From a virus (taxonomy: Duplodnaviria > Caudoviricetes): 40,868 bases of DNA. A model generated the notes under the pieces. That model did not search any database. It was not told the origin of the DNA and was given only the letters and a program-made list of their open reading frames with translations. Location of the stretch: IMG/VR virus record IMGVR_UViG_3300032239_001397, positions 1 through 40,868 of that record, one strand, 5' to 3'. Position 1 is the first letter of the stretch; the number at the start of each line of letters is the position of its first letter. A program made the translations under genes and the position numbers. This document shows, piece by piece, positions 7,946-17,678 of this stretch.

Positions 7946-8265
7946 TGTTTTCTCCAGTTCTTGATTTTGTCCAACCCGATTCCGGTCAGTGTAGGCCAAC
8001 ATGCGCCTAGAAACAAAGCTGACGCTTTTCGGATTGTTCCTGCCGATGTATGGGTAAACAACCCTACATCATAGAGCAAGACATCAAGGAGTAGGTCAGC
8101 ACCAACCCCTGCGATGACAACACTCGACAGGATTTTACCAAAGGCTTCAGCACGAGAAGTCTTTGGTGAACGTGTCACCATAATTAAAGCCCCAAACAAG
8201 CCGTACAGGACAGCATCGGAGGGCATCCCGATGATATACTTAATCTCGAAAACCTCCGTTGGCAT
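7942..8265 (-). CDS. Putative holin
   Basis: About three hydrophobic segments and a basic C-terminus; upstream of the lysozyme. Confidence 0.6.
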   Translation of the reverse strand: MPTEVFEIKYIIGMPSDAVLYGLFGALIMVTRSPKTSRAEAFGKILSSVVIAGVGADLLLDVLLYDVGLFTHTSAGTIRKASALFLGACWPTLTGIGLDKIKNWRKQ

Positions 8266-8321
8266 TTGATCGTCACCTTGTAAGATACCTTCAAACAGAA
8301 CATATCACAATCTTAAGTTAT

Positions 8322-11300
8322 TTATTTTCCTGGTATCATACGACGGACATTTCTTACAGCATTGTCGTCTGTTGGGGAAATGTTGCGAATTAACGCATTT
8401 CCTGTTCTTGCTCCATAAGATGCTGTTTTACCCGTACCTCCTAAAAAATTAGTAACTTTCTGAACTTGTTGATAACGTGGAAGTGCTTTATCAATCTGAG
8501 CAGCAAAATTTGTAGGATTTTGAAAATCTTGACCTGCTTGTTTTAAATATTTGCTATTATATATATTTTCAATTTGAGCTTTTCCTTTCTTTAATGCTTC
8601 AAAAGCAGCACGAGCATATGCTGTAGTTGTCACATTCCCGTGGGGAATCTTACTTAAAGGAATTTCTTTTTGAGTACCTACGTAATATTCAGCCTCGTTT
8701 CGTCTGTTCAATTCCTCAAGAATATCACTCAACCGTTGTCTATCTTCGGGCGATATGATTTTCTCTAAACGTTTAGTACCGTCTACGTTTTTGTTGTTAA
8801 ACCCTTTTGCGATCACATCGTCAATAATTTTCTCAGGATTTCTCATCGCGTCGGCAAACGCATAAGCGTTAACCGAATCTCCTTTGAGTAACGGAGCAAG
8901 TTTTTCTTTAAACGCTTCCATCACAGCAGAACGGTCAATTTGATTGGAATATTTTGCAAAAATTTCATCAGCTTGTTTGAAAGTGGGCATGACTTTCTCA
9001 CGCCATTTCTCTAATTGTTTAAGATGTGTACTTAACGCTTTAAATTCTTCAGATTCAGGATTAATTACAAGTTTACCATCTTTCTTTTCATTTAACATAT
9101 TATCAATTTTCTTAATATGCTGATTTATCTCATTACCTTTCATTTGAGTGACATCATCCAACGAAGGTAAGTTATGCGTTTCATTTATTTTGTTTTGTAA
9201 ATCATCTACTACTTTTTGATTTGTTGCTACCTCAGCTTGAGCAGCAGTTTTATCTGCACCTGATAGACCCGACAAACGTGATTCTTTTTCTGCAATTTGA
9301 GCTTTCATAAGTGCCAAACGATCGGAATCGGAGGTGATACGACCCGATAATCTATCTTTGTTTGAACCTAAAACAGCACTTTTTTCTTGGTACCCTTGTA
9401 TTTTAGCAGCTTTATCAGCAGTGCTTAATTGGTTTACTTTTTGATTGGTATCATTAATTCCTGATGTTGCAGCAAGCTTGTTATCCGACAGGGTGCCTGT
9501 TTTGGCTGCCGAGTCTGCGGCAGTGTCGGCAATTTTAGCTTGAAGATAATTATCAACTAGGGGGTTTTTACCTTTTGATTTTTGAAGCCTATCGTTCATT
9601 AAATCGGTTCTTGCTTGATTTACATCAACGGATGTAGCAAGTTTGTTGTTAGTAAGTTCATTTTTATTCGATTGGGAGGCAAGGGTGGCTTGTTTTTGTT
9701 GTTGTTCAATTTGCGCTGCTGTAAGTTGTCCCTTAATCGCATCAGGGTTTAAATCACCAACAGGTGTGTTATTTAAAACTTGTTTACGTTTGTCGATACT
9801 GGCTTGAAGCTTATCAACAACGTTTTTGTTAAGATTGATATCCGCTTCGACTACAGCACGTTGCTCAGGTGTTAATCCTGAATTTAACTTTTGGTTTGCT
9901 TTATCAAGACGAGCTTGGGCAACAGCCAAATCATCGGATTGTTTGGCTAACAAAGCGTCCGATTCAGCAGTTCCTTTAAATGTGTCCGGTATTAGGTCTT
10001 GACCTTTTCCTTGATATTGACGCCCTCTGTTAATATCTTCACGTGATTGATTGTAAATGTCAGGAAATTGGTTTGTATTATTATAAATATCCTTATTAGG
10101 AACATCTACAATTTTATTAGCTGCTTCTTCATACAACGGTGCTTTTTCAGCGTTTCTTTTTTGCTTTAAAGCCTCAGAAGATTCAACACCACGGTCAACG
10201 TTAGAAGTTAACGCTGCATCGTTAGCTTGATCAAATTCAAGTTTCTTCTGCGACGGGATTGTTTGACGTTGGAGGGGTGCTAACTCGGGACGAATATCTT
10301 CGACAGTCCTTTGGTAACCCGGGACATTGGACTGAGCTTCATTTTTTAAAGCGTTGGTAATTTCTTGAGCAGCATCAGCACCGCCAATTTTATTAATATA
10401 CGCTCTACCTTGGGCTTTTTCACCTCTTACGAATGCGGTTTTTAATGCCGTGTCAGCACCCACAAGAGCACCTTTACCGACAATTTCAAACGGTTTGGTA
10501 ACAAGATTATTGGTAAGAGCGTTGGTTGTTTCCGCGGCTTCACCAATGGCACGTAAAGCAGCACCTGTTCTACCTGCCATTGTTACACCTTTTAGGGGTG
10601 CAGCAAGCTGGGCGATAACAGCAGCCGTACCTACCGGATCGTCACGAAGGTGTCTTCCCAAATTGTTAATTGCTTCTTCCGGATCATTGGAAACATAATT
10701 AACAAACTTCCCAACGTCTTTTTCAAACGGGGTAGGTCCGTAACGTTTATCAAATTCTTCTTTAGTTGTTACAGCATGTGTAAAAGGATTATCTAAAAAA
10801 TGACCGTTAAATAAATAATTGTCAGCCTTATTAAAATTATCGACGGGGTGTCTGACTACTTGATACAAACTTTGAAGGGAATCACCAACGAATTTTCCGG
10901 CACTGGATGGAATATTTTTAGCGGTTGTGATCGCGTTATCTACGAATGTGGGTTCAGGTTTTTGTTCAGGTGCTTTCTGTGGTTGAGTTTGCGGTTGATT
11001 TGTAACAGGGGAAGACATATCACTAACAGGTTTCGCACCGTATTGGGCAGCAAGAGCACTGAACCGATCATCGGTTGATTCTTGTTGAGGTTGATCAATG
11101 TTTTGCGATTGGGGGGAGTTATCCCCGCCAATTTGTTTCGCACCGTATTGGGCAGCAAGAGCACTGAACCGATCATCGGTTGGTTGTTCATCTGCCACTT
11201 GATTTCCTTCCCATCCACCGATCACACGATCGGTGTAAGCTTTAGTCAAAGGTCCATGATTACGAAGGTTCAAACCTCCGTGATATTCGGCTACTGCCGC

Positions 11301-11594
11301 AACAGGGTCATTACCGTTACGATCAAGCCCTTCTCTAAGAAGGATTGCTCCTACTTTTGCTTGATCTTCAGGGTCTTCACTGTAAGCATCAACACCATAT
11401 TTTTTAAGAACCGAGTCACGAGTAGCAGGGATAACTTGAAAAGGTGTCCTAGCACCTGCTGACGACACTTGGTCAGAGTTAGATCTTTCTCCATTAACAA
11501 CCACGGATTTCAACAAACCGGACGGAACACCATATTGTTGTTCGGCATTGTCAATGGATGCCAGAACAATAGGGTCGTCATATTTGATTGCCAT
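8322..11594 (-). CDS. Large internal virion / DNA-ejection protein with N-terminal lytic transglycosylase (SLT-like) domain
   Basis: QQYGVPSGLL...GERS...SSAGARTPFQVIPAT...AVAEYHGG; long helical remainder; last of three ejection-type genes. Confidence 0.8.
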   Translation of the reverse strand: MAIKYDDPIVLASIDNAEQQYGVPSGLLKSVVVNGERSNSDQVSSAGARTPFQVIPATRDSVLKKYGVDAYSEDPEDQAKVGAILLREGLDRNGNDPVAAVAEYHGGLNLRNHGPLTKAYTDRVIGGWEGNQVADEQPTDDRFSALAAQYGAKQIGGDNSPQSQNIDQPQQESTDDRFSALAAQYGAKPVSDMSSPVTNQPQTQPQKAPEQKPEPTFVDNAITTAKNIPSSAGKFVGDSLQSLYQVVRHPVDNFNKADNYLFNGHFLDNPFTHAVTTKEEFDKRYGPTPFEKDVGKFVNYVSNDPEEAINNLGRHLRDDPVGTAAVIAQLAAPLKGVTMAGRTGAALRAIGEAAETTNALTNNLVTKPFEIVGKGALVGADTALKTAFVRGEKAQGRAYINKIGGADAAQEITNALKNEAQSNVPGYQRTVEDIRPELAPLQRQTIPSQKKLEFDQANDAALTSNVDRGVESSEALKQKRNAEKAPLYEEAANKIVDVPNKDIYNNTNQFPDIYNQSREDINRGRQYQGKGQDLIPDTFKGTAESDALLAKQSDDLAVAQARLDKANQKLNSGLTPEQRAVVEADINLNKNVVDKLQASIDKRKQVLNNTPVGDLNPDAIKGQLTAAQIEQQQKQATLASQSNKNELTNNKLATSVDVNQARTDLMNDRLQKSKGKNPLVDNYLQAKIADTAADSAAKTGTLSDNKLAATSGINDTNQKVNQLSTADKAAKIQGYQEKSAVLGSNKDRLSGRITSDSDRLALMKAQIAEKESRLSGLSGADKTAAQAEVATNQKVVDDLQNKINETHNLPSLDDVTQMKGNEINQHIKKIDNMLNEKKDGKLVINPESEEFKALSTHLKQLEKWREKVMPTFKQADEIFAKYSNQIDRSAVMEAFKEKLAPLLKGDSVNAYAFADAMRNPEKIIDDVIAKGFNNKNVDGTKRLEKIISPEDRQRLSDILEELNRRNEAEYYVGTQKEIPLSKIPHGNVTTTAYARAAFEALKKGKAQIENIYNSKYLKQAGQDFQNPTNFAAQIDKALPRYQQVQKVTNFLGGTGKTASYGARTGNALIRNISPTDDNAVRNVRRMIPGK
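11030..11182. repeat. 48-bp exact direct repeat (11030-11077 and 11135-11182)
   Basis: GTTTCGCACCGTATTGGGCAGCAAGAGCACTGAACCGATCATCGGTTG twice; encodes TDDRFSALAAQYGAK. Confidence 0.92.
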
Positions 11595-11596
11595 GG

Positions 11597-12880
11597 TTAT
11601 TGCCCACTGTTATAATGGTCTACAAATTGTTTAGCTTGCTCGGAAGTTGGTAATTGTACGCTTCTACCGTCAGGAGATGTAACAGTTGTACCGTCAATTG
11701 ATAAGATAGCTTTTGGTTGCATTTTAGCAACTTTCATTACATCATAACCAGATTTGCTACCCATTTGTTTAACCAAGTTTTGCGCACGAAGAATCATGTC
11801 ATTTTCTCTTGATTGCTGTATGTTTTTAAAAGTACCTAATAATTGTTTTAACATTGGTTTAGTATAAGTTACATTACCTGCTGTAGCATCTTTAACAAAA
11901 TTAGCTTCTGCTACCGGTATACCTCTAGAACTTTTAAAAGCTGAACTACTTGCAGCCATACCTACCATTTGTTTCATTACGTGATTAAGGTCTTGTGTGT
12001 TTTTAAGAGAATCTAATTGTTCAGGGCTTAAACCAAAAATTGTACCGGCTGAATTAATTAAATTAGCACGCTCTTCAGCTAAACCTCCAATTATTGGCCC
12101 ACCGTTGTCAGGTTCTTTATCAAGAGCAGAACTTACACGTTCAATTCCCTGCATTGCACTATTATGATTTGGAAGATCTTTAGAGTACATACTTACAGAT
12201 TTAATATCATCATTTAAAGGTATTGCTGAAGCCTTACCTTCAGGAGAAGAATTGTAAATTCTTTGTCCTGTATTACGGGCCAAAAGTGTATGAAAATCTG
12301 CTTGATTTTGATCACTTCTAATAAGGTGAGCCTCATTCGTATCGGCAGTTTGTTGACTTATGCCAATTTTTTGTTGTTCTTCGAGGTGCGACATTATTTT
12401 GTCAATACCTAAAGACATTTGTTGTAATTGCTGTTTAGTTTGTTCATTGTAAATTTTAGGAAGATTTGATGAACCAAAGTTTTTTAAAGAAAAGTCATTT
12501 GCTTGGTCTAAAGATCTTTGATCTACGATGCTAGGAAGTAATTGCTGAGCTGTTTTTAATTTGTCACTTGTTAAATTGGTGTTAGCTTGATCCGCACCAA
12601 TTTGAGAATCAGCCAATTTAGCACCCTGGGTTCCATAAGGTGCTGTGGCACTTATGAGATCTTGTCCCCTTAAATCCGGATTTTGAGCTAAAGCGTTTTG
12701 AGCCCCAACCGTGTTGTCGTACGCTAACTGATCACCTTTTGCCAGAATGTTGGTGCGAGCTGTGTCTGCACGTGCTTGGTCAGCAGCTGCATAACGTTGA
12801 GAAATAGCACTGACATCGGGAAGATCGTTGTATTTTAATTCCGGAAGGCCACTCGAGAGGATGTTCGCATCTACGGGCAT
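11597..12880 (-). CDS. Internal virion / DNA-ejection protein
   Basis: 427 aa, Q/N/A-rich; position between ejection-type genes in a P22-like layout. Confidence 0.65.
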   Translation of the reverse strand: MPVDANILSSGLPELKYNDLPDVSAISQRYAAADQARADTARTNILAKGDQLAYDNTVGAQNALAQNPDLRGQDLISATAPYGTQGAKLADSQIGADQANTNLTSDKLKTAQQLLPSIVDQRSLDQANDFSLKNFGSSNLPKIYNEQTKQQLQQMSLGIDKIMSHLEEQQKIGISQQTADTNEAHLIRSDQNQADFHTLLARNTGQRIYNSSPEGKASAIPLNDDIKSVSMYSKDLPNHNSAMQGIERVSSALDKEPDNGGPIIGGLAEERANLINSAGTIFGLSPEQLDSLKNTQDLNHVMKQMVGMAASSSAFKSSRGIPVAEANFVKDATAGNVTYTKPMLKQLLGTFKNIQQSRENDMILRAQNLVKQMGSKSGYDVMKVAKMQPKAILSIDGTTVTSPDGRSVQLPTSEQAKQFVDHYNSGQ

Positions 12881-12893
12881 CGGTTAGCTCCTG

Positions 12894-14324
12894 TTAAAAT
12901 TTACCCATGCTCGAGCCAAGAGCTTGTGAGGCCATTTGGTTGATGTTGTTTATACCGGCGTTATACGCATTCGCTTGACCGATGTAACCGGATGCTCTGG
13001 CTTTAGCACCTGCGAGAATCATATTCGAGATGTTAGCCGAGTTGTTCGACCTTTGGGATCCGTAATTTTGTGCGTAAGTGTTAAGCATGTTCGATTGGTT
13101 ATTCGCAGCATTTTGATACAAGTTGCTCGTATTATTCGCATAATTTGCATTGGCGTTTGTAACACCTGTTCCGTAGTTTTGGTATAAATTAGTTGCATTA
13201 TTTGCATAATTTTGGTTAGCATTGGTCATCCCGGTACCGTAATTGTTATACGCATTTCCGGTTTTATCTGCCAGATTAGTGCTGGCATTCGTCATCGCAT
13301 TACCGTAGTTCTGGTACAAACTCGACGCGTTGTTTGCGTAGTTATTGGTCGCGTTGGTCATCCCGGTGCTGTAATTTTGGTTGTTCGCATTCGTCGCATT
13401 AGCATAATTCGTACCGTAACCTGCAATCTGGTTTGCAGCGTTTTGACCGTTATTGATCAATCCGTTCAATTGTGAGGATGTAAATGCCCGATCGGTGCTA
13501 AACCGATTGTATGCGTTTTGGTACTCATTCGATGCGTAATCTTGCCCATAGCGTTGAGCTGCTTTTACTTGGGATCCACCTAAAAGATTACCTTTTGCAG
13601 CAGCACTGCGCTCAAGAGCTTTTAAACCTTCTTGAAAACGAAAACCGTATCCGGGATCTTGTTGGAAATCAGCGTTTGTAAACCCTTGAGTGTATTTACC
13701 GTATCCTGGGTCAGACGAATTGCCACCAAGACCGAGGTAGGTGGACATTTTGTTGTTGGCATCCACACCCGATTGATAGAACGGTTGTTGAAGACCTGCG
13801 TTGGTGTTGTAAACATCCGCCTGAGTTGCGTTATTTTGGTCGCGAGTGTCACCCAAAACAGCCTGGTTCGTGTTATACGCTTGTTGGTTATAACCTAACC
13901 CTTGGTTACGAGCTTCAAGTTGTGCAGCTTGCGTTTGATTGTAAGCTTGTTGTTGGGCATTAACGTTCTGATTAAGAACATCACCTAACGTACCACGGGT
14001 GTCATTGAGTGAGTTTTGTTGAACTCCTAAACCTTGGTTACGAGCATCGAGAAGAGCTGCTTGTGAATTATTAAGGGCATTCTGTTGGATGTTGAGCCCT
14101 TGGTCACGGGCTTGATTAAACAATGCAGTACTTTGATCACGGGCAGCATCTGCGCGTGTTTGGTAATCTTTAAATGCATTTTGTTCATTGGTGATCGCGA
14201 GGTTGGCACCTTGTTGTTGTGCTTTAGCAGCCTTACTGGCAGCATTCGCACCAATGATAGATTGAGCAACAGAGCCTGCAATCATCGTACCCGCAGCGAC
14301 TGACGCAACTACTGCAAAAGCCAT
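12894..14324 (-). CDS. DNA-transfer (ejection) protein, P22 gp7-like position
   Basis: Hydrophobic A/G-rich N-terminus, DPGYGFRFQEG...SAAAKGNLLGG...YGQDYASNEYQNAYNR, N/Q/Y-rich repeats. Confidence 0.75.
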   Translation of the reverse strand: MAFAVVASVAAGTMIAGSVAQSIIGANAASKAAKAQQQGANLAITNEQNAFKDYQTRADAARDQSTALFNQARDQGLNIQQNALNNSQAALLDARNQGLGVQQNSLNDTRGTLGDVLNQNVNAQQQAYNQTQAAQLEARNQGLGYNQQAYNTNQAVLGDTRDQNNATQADVYNTNAGLQQPFYQSGVDANNKMSTYLGLGGNSSDPGYGKYTQGFTNADFQQDPGYGFRFQEGLKALERSAAAKGNLLGGSQVKAAQRYGQDYASNEYQNAYNRFSTDRAFTSSQLNGLINNGQNAANQIAGYGTNYANATNANNQNYSTGMTNATNNYANNASSLYQNYGNAMTNASTNLADKTGNAYNNYGTGMTNANQNYANNATNLYQNYGTGVTNANANYANNTSNLYQNAANNQSNMLNTYAQNYGSQRSNNSANISNMILAGAKARASGYIGQANAYNAGINNINQMASQALGSSMGKF

Positions 14325-14725
14325 TCTTCATCCTTTTCCAATAGCGAGTGACGGTAGTCGACGGGGTGGGTCAACTTTTCCTCAATAGCTTCGATGTTGT
14401 CCATATTATCATCATTTTTGAAAATATTCATTATGATTGAATCCTCCTCGGCATAAAAAGCTTTTTTCGTATCGGCAGGTACGGTAATGACAGTTCCGGC
14501 TGCAAACTCAAAACGACCGTTTTGTGTAACAAGGATACCTTTACCTTTTGTGCACACTGCTATGTGTTCCGTTTTATGGATCCTACCGGTGGCCATGGTA
14601 CCGGCAGGGAAATAAAGACAACGAACGTACACACCATCCGTAAAATGATGAGATACCGCAAGCTCCAGTTTCGGAAGGGTTAAAAGTTCATCTTCTAATT
14701 TTTCAATTTTTTGGATATCAACCAC
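14309..14725 (-). CDS. Cupin-fold protein
   Basis: HHFTDGVYVR...PAGT..TGRIHKTEH...G.G...PADTKKAFYAEEDS. Confidence 0.75.
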   Translation of the reverse strand: MVDIQKIEKLEDELLTLPKLELAVSHHFTDGVYVRCLYFPAGTMATGRIHKTEHIAVCTKGKGILVTQNGRFEFAAGTVITVPADTKKAFYAEEDSIIMNIFKNDDNMDNIEAIEEKLTHPVDYRHSLLEKDEEWLLQ

Positions 14726-15060
14726 TAACTTACCTCTCGACCGGATGCCCTCAACGTAACGCTGGTTGCCGCACTTGCGATTGTGGAGATAAACCCACCA
14801 GGTTGAATGATATGACCCACCACCTCAGGGAAATTATACGTCGACGATGCAGGGATAGAAACGGTCTTAGCAATTAGGTTTTGGTTACCTGCTGTGTCAC
14901 CCGATGTCACAAGGTTGACGGATACCGTCACAGCACCCGACGTGTAGTTGGTTGCTGTGAACTTGTCGATGATGGTTGTGACGTTGGTAGCCGTGTATTG
15001 AGTGGTTTGCGAGTTTTCAAGGATCTTTGCAGGGATGATCGTCTTAGCTACGATTGCCAT
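14725..15060 (-). CDS. Small virion structural protein
   Basis: 111 aa, T/S/V-rich beta-type sequence in the tail region. Confidence 0.65.
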   Translation of the reverse strand: MAIVAKTIIPAKILENSQTTQYTATNVTTIIDKFTATNYTSGAVTVSVNLVTSGDTAGNQNLIAKTVSIPASSTYNFPEVVGHIIQPGGFISTIASAATSVTLRASGREVS

Positions 15061-15079
15061 AGTTCACCCTAGCACATAA

Positions 15080-15229
15080 TCAATCGGACTTCAAAGGTAA
15101 CGGTTGATTACCTTGAGAAACCCATTCCAGATAAGCTTGGTAATCCCGATTGCGTTCGTCAAACGGTATGAAAGCATTATCTGCGATACGAAGAACGGTA
15201 CGGTCATCAAGAAGTTGGTAATCGCTCAT
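15080..15229 (-). CDS. Tail-fibre-associated small protein (49 aa, absent from the ORF track)
   Basis: MSDYQLL...IPFDERNRDYQAYLEWVSQGNQP, a motif commonly found right after tail-fibre genes; fills the gap. Confidence 0.75.
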   Translation of the reverse strand: MSDYQLLDDRTVLRIADNAFIPFDERNRDYQAYLEWVSQGNQPLPLKSD

Positions 15230-15231
15230 TT

Positions 15232-16359
15232 TCATAACTCCGCGTTGCAAGAAAGAAGTGCGTCAACAGCGCCTGCTGAGTTGGTTTGTTGCCTTATAGC
15301 ACACATCCCCGCAGGACTACTATAAGGAGATCCTGCATATGTCGCCCCGTTCAAACTTCCAGCGACGACTGCTAGAGTAGGAGAAGCACGCATTGTTACA
15401 GGAAGCGCTGTGTATGAATAGATTGAAGCGGTTGTTGGAGTTACCCCTACTTGACAATAATACCGCTGACATAATGATAACTCTTGTCCTATATGACGTT
15501 TAGATAACGTAGAGGGAACTGTAGCGGTAGATGAACACTCTTCTAACTGACAATCACTTAGCCAAATTGTTGCATTGAAACCTGAAAGAATGTTAATTTT
15601 AAAATTTAAATAGTGATCATTATTCGTACCGAACGTTTTACCATTAGAAAAACCTAAACGAAATTGAGCACCATAACGAGCCCATGCCGAGTTTGGAGAT
15701 GTGAAAGTGGAACTTGTAAGAGTTACAGAAGAAGAAGGAGAGCCACCTGTACCAAAATTTTGTGTTAATTCAATATTAAAAGTTACATTACTACCCGCAA
15801 AATAAATAGAAGCAAAAACATATTTTCCTTCTAATGTAGCAGCATCTTCAATTCGTTGTTCAAAAGATACACTTGTAGCAGATGATAAAGCAACAGTTAC
15901 AGAAGACGAGCTGTACCCGCTAGAAGGATCAGCTCTGGTGTTATACGGGGTTAATGTAAAACTTCCTGATCCTGCTGACGCAAAACTAAAAATCCAACGA
16001 TCTGCTGTATACGCCGAGTAGGAAGCTCCGGTGTAACTAAAAGAGTTTCCCCTTTGCCATATATCAAAACTTCCGTTAATTAAATAATTACGTTGATTAA
16101 AATTATTTAAATTACTAATTGTTTTAGAAAGAGAATAAAATTCTTCATTTATAGGTTTAGGATCTAATGATAATACAGACGTGTTTGCGTTATCCCTATA
16201 TTGTGGATCTAATTGTAAATCCAACAAACTTATATCGTTAACTCCTGATCCCGTAAGTAAGGATAACCCTGAAAAAAAACGGTACCATTCACGAGTCATT
16301 AAACCGCTATCATCTAAAACATTAATACGCGCAGCGGGAATTACTGATGTGTTAGTCAC
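15232..16359 (-). CDS. Tail fibre / receptor-binding protein 2
   Basis: N-terminal MTREWYRFF anchor; NYLINGSFDIWQRG...QLEE...CQRYY carbohydrate-binding-like domain. Confidence 0.75.
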   Translation of the reverse strand: MTNTSVIPAARINVLDDSGLMTREWYRFFSGLSLLTGSGVNDISLLDLQLDPQYRDNANTSVLSLDPKPINEEFYSLSKTISNLNNFNQRNYLINGSFDIWQRGNSFSYTGASYSAYTADRWIFSFASAGSGSFTLTPYNTRADPSSGYSSSSVTVALSSATSVSFEQRIEDAATLEGKYVFASIYFAGSNVTFNIELTQNFGTGGSPSSSVTLTSSTFTSPNSAWARYGAQFRLGFSNGKTFGTNNDHYLNFKINILSGFNATIWLSDCQLEECSSTATVPSTLSKRHIGQELSLCQRYYCQVGVTPTTASIYSYTALPVTMRASPTLAVVAGSLNGATYAGSPYSSPAGMCAIRQQTNSAGAVDALLSCNAEL

Positions 16360-17649
16360 TTAGATTCTCGCATCGAAATTGGCTTGTGCTAGTACATACG
16401 TACCAATTGTAAAATTACCTGCTGAATTATAAATCGTAGCTCCGGCATTGGTTATATCACGAGCGACCATAGTACCGATATTACTACCACCAACTGAAAA
16501 TTGACCTGTCGTAAATGTCGGTGTTGCTCGCATTTTGACAGGGAACACAATCGGGTGTGTTACATTAGTGGTTGAATAAGCAATACCTACAGGTGAAGGT
16601 CCGGTGTCACCACCATAATAATTATAATACCTTTGACAATTTAATAATTGCTGAGCATAAGGTATCACTTCAAAATTAGTTGGAATTGAACCTTCTTCTA
16701 ATTGGAAACCAGCAAAGTAATTATAGAAAAATACAGGAGTGAATGAAACACCTACATAAAAATAATCATTGTTGTTAGAACCTAACGTTTTACCGTAAAT
16801 TGATGGAATTGTAAAAGTTGTGGTGTATCTTGAAAAAGACGCGTTTCCTATTGAAAAAGAACCACCGGCATAAACTGAAACATCAGACGACGGGGAACCA
16901 CCGGTTCCGAAACTTTGTGTTGCGACCCAATTTGCATTGACAACACCACCGCTGGCCATACCGTAAAAAGAAAAAGTTACAGTTTTACCGCTTAGCGATG
17001 CGACGTTTTCTATTTTTACACCTATTTCATTAACAACCGTTCCGTAATTATTAGTTACAACCCTCAAATAATTACCACTCGATAAAATATCAGACATTGC
17101 TGACGCGGTAAGCGCATTCAATCCAAAAACTGGAAATTTTTGAAATTGAACTTGTGAAGCAGCACCTGGATTTGTGCTTGTCGCAAACCAATTATCAGTA
17201 AAATATACAGGGTTGCCGGAAGTTACACCACTAACTGCAAATTGAGAAACTGAAAAATCACCATTGATGATTCTATTCCTATTTGATGACCCATTTATTC
17301 CCAGAATGCTTCTTTGTGCTGACACATCAGCAGCACTTATTAAATTATTCCCCGCACCCGTAATTGCAGCAAACGTGGATATATTATCCGTGGTTCTGAT
17401 TAAGGACCCGGAAGAATCTTGTACTGTAAACTTATAAGAAATTCCCGGTTGTAAATAAATTAAACATTCACCTCTAGAATCTAATATAATAGGATTTGTA
17501 TTAGTAGTCGTACCTGTTGGGTTTTGATAGGTTTGAACTAAAGTATTACCTCCAGCAAAATAAGTATATACTTTACCTCCTACCAAGGGTACATTATTGT
17601 TATCGTAAAACCTTAAAACCGGGTAAGGAGCATAATTTACGGTTGGCAT
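16360..17649 (-). CDS. Tail fibre / receptor-binding protein 1
   Basis: Head-binding-type N-terminus (PLVGGKVYTYFAG...NTNPIILDSRGE); NRIINGDF...QLEEG...CQRYY domain. Confidence 0.8.
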   Translation of the reverse strand: MPTVNYAPYPVLRFYDNNNVPLVGGKVYTYFAGGNTLVQTYQNPTGTTTNTNPIILDSRGECLIYLQPGISYKFTVQDSSGSLIRTTDNISTFAAITGAGNNLISAADVSAQRSILGINGSSNRNRIINGDFSVSQFAVSGVTSGNPVYFTDNWFATSTNPGAASQVQFQKFPVFGLNALTASAMSDILSSGNYLRVVTNNYGTVVNEIGVKIENVASLSGKTVTFSFYGMASGGVVNANWVATQSFGTGGSPSSDVSVYAGGSFSIGNASFSRYTTTFTIPSIYGKTLGSNNNDYFYVGVSFTPVFFYNYFAGFQLEEGSIPTNFEVIPYAQQLLNCQRYYNYYGGDTGPSPVGIAYSTTNVTHPIVFPVKMRATPTFTTGQFSVGGSNIGTMVARDITNAGATIYNSAGNFTIGTYVLAQANFDARI

Positions 17650-17678
17650 AATCTACCCTACTTCATTTTTTAGAAAAA

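Noticed and set aside
15232-17649. Diversity-generating retroelement acting on tail fibres
   Set aside because: No reverse transcriptase gene and no template/variable repeat pair differing at adenines
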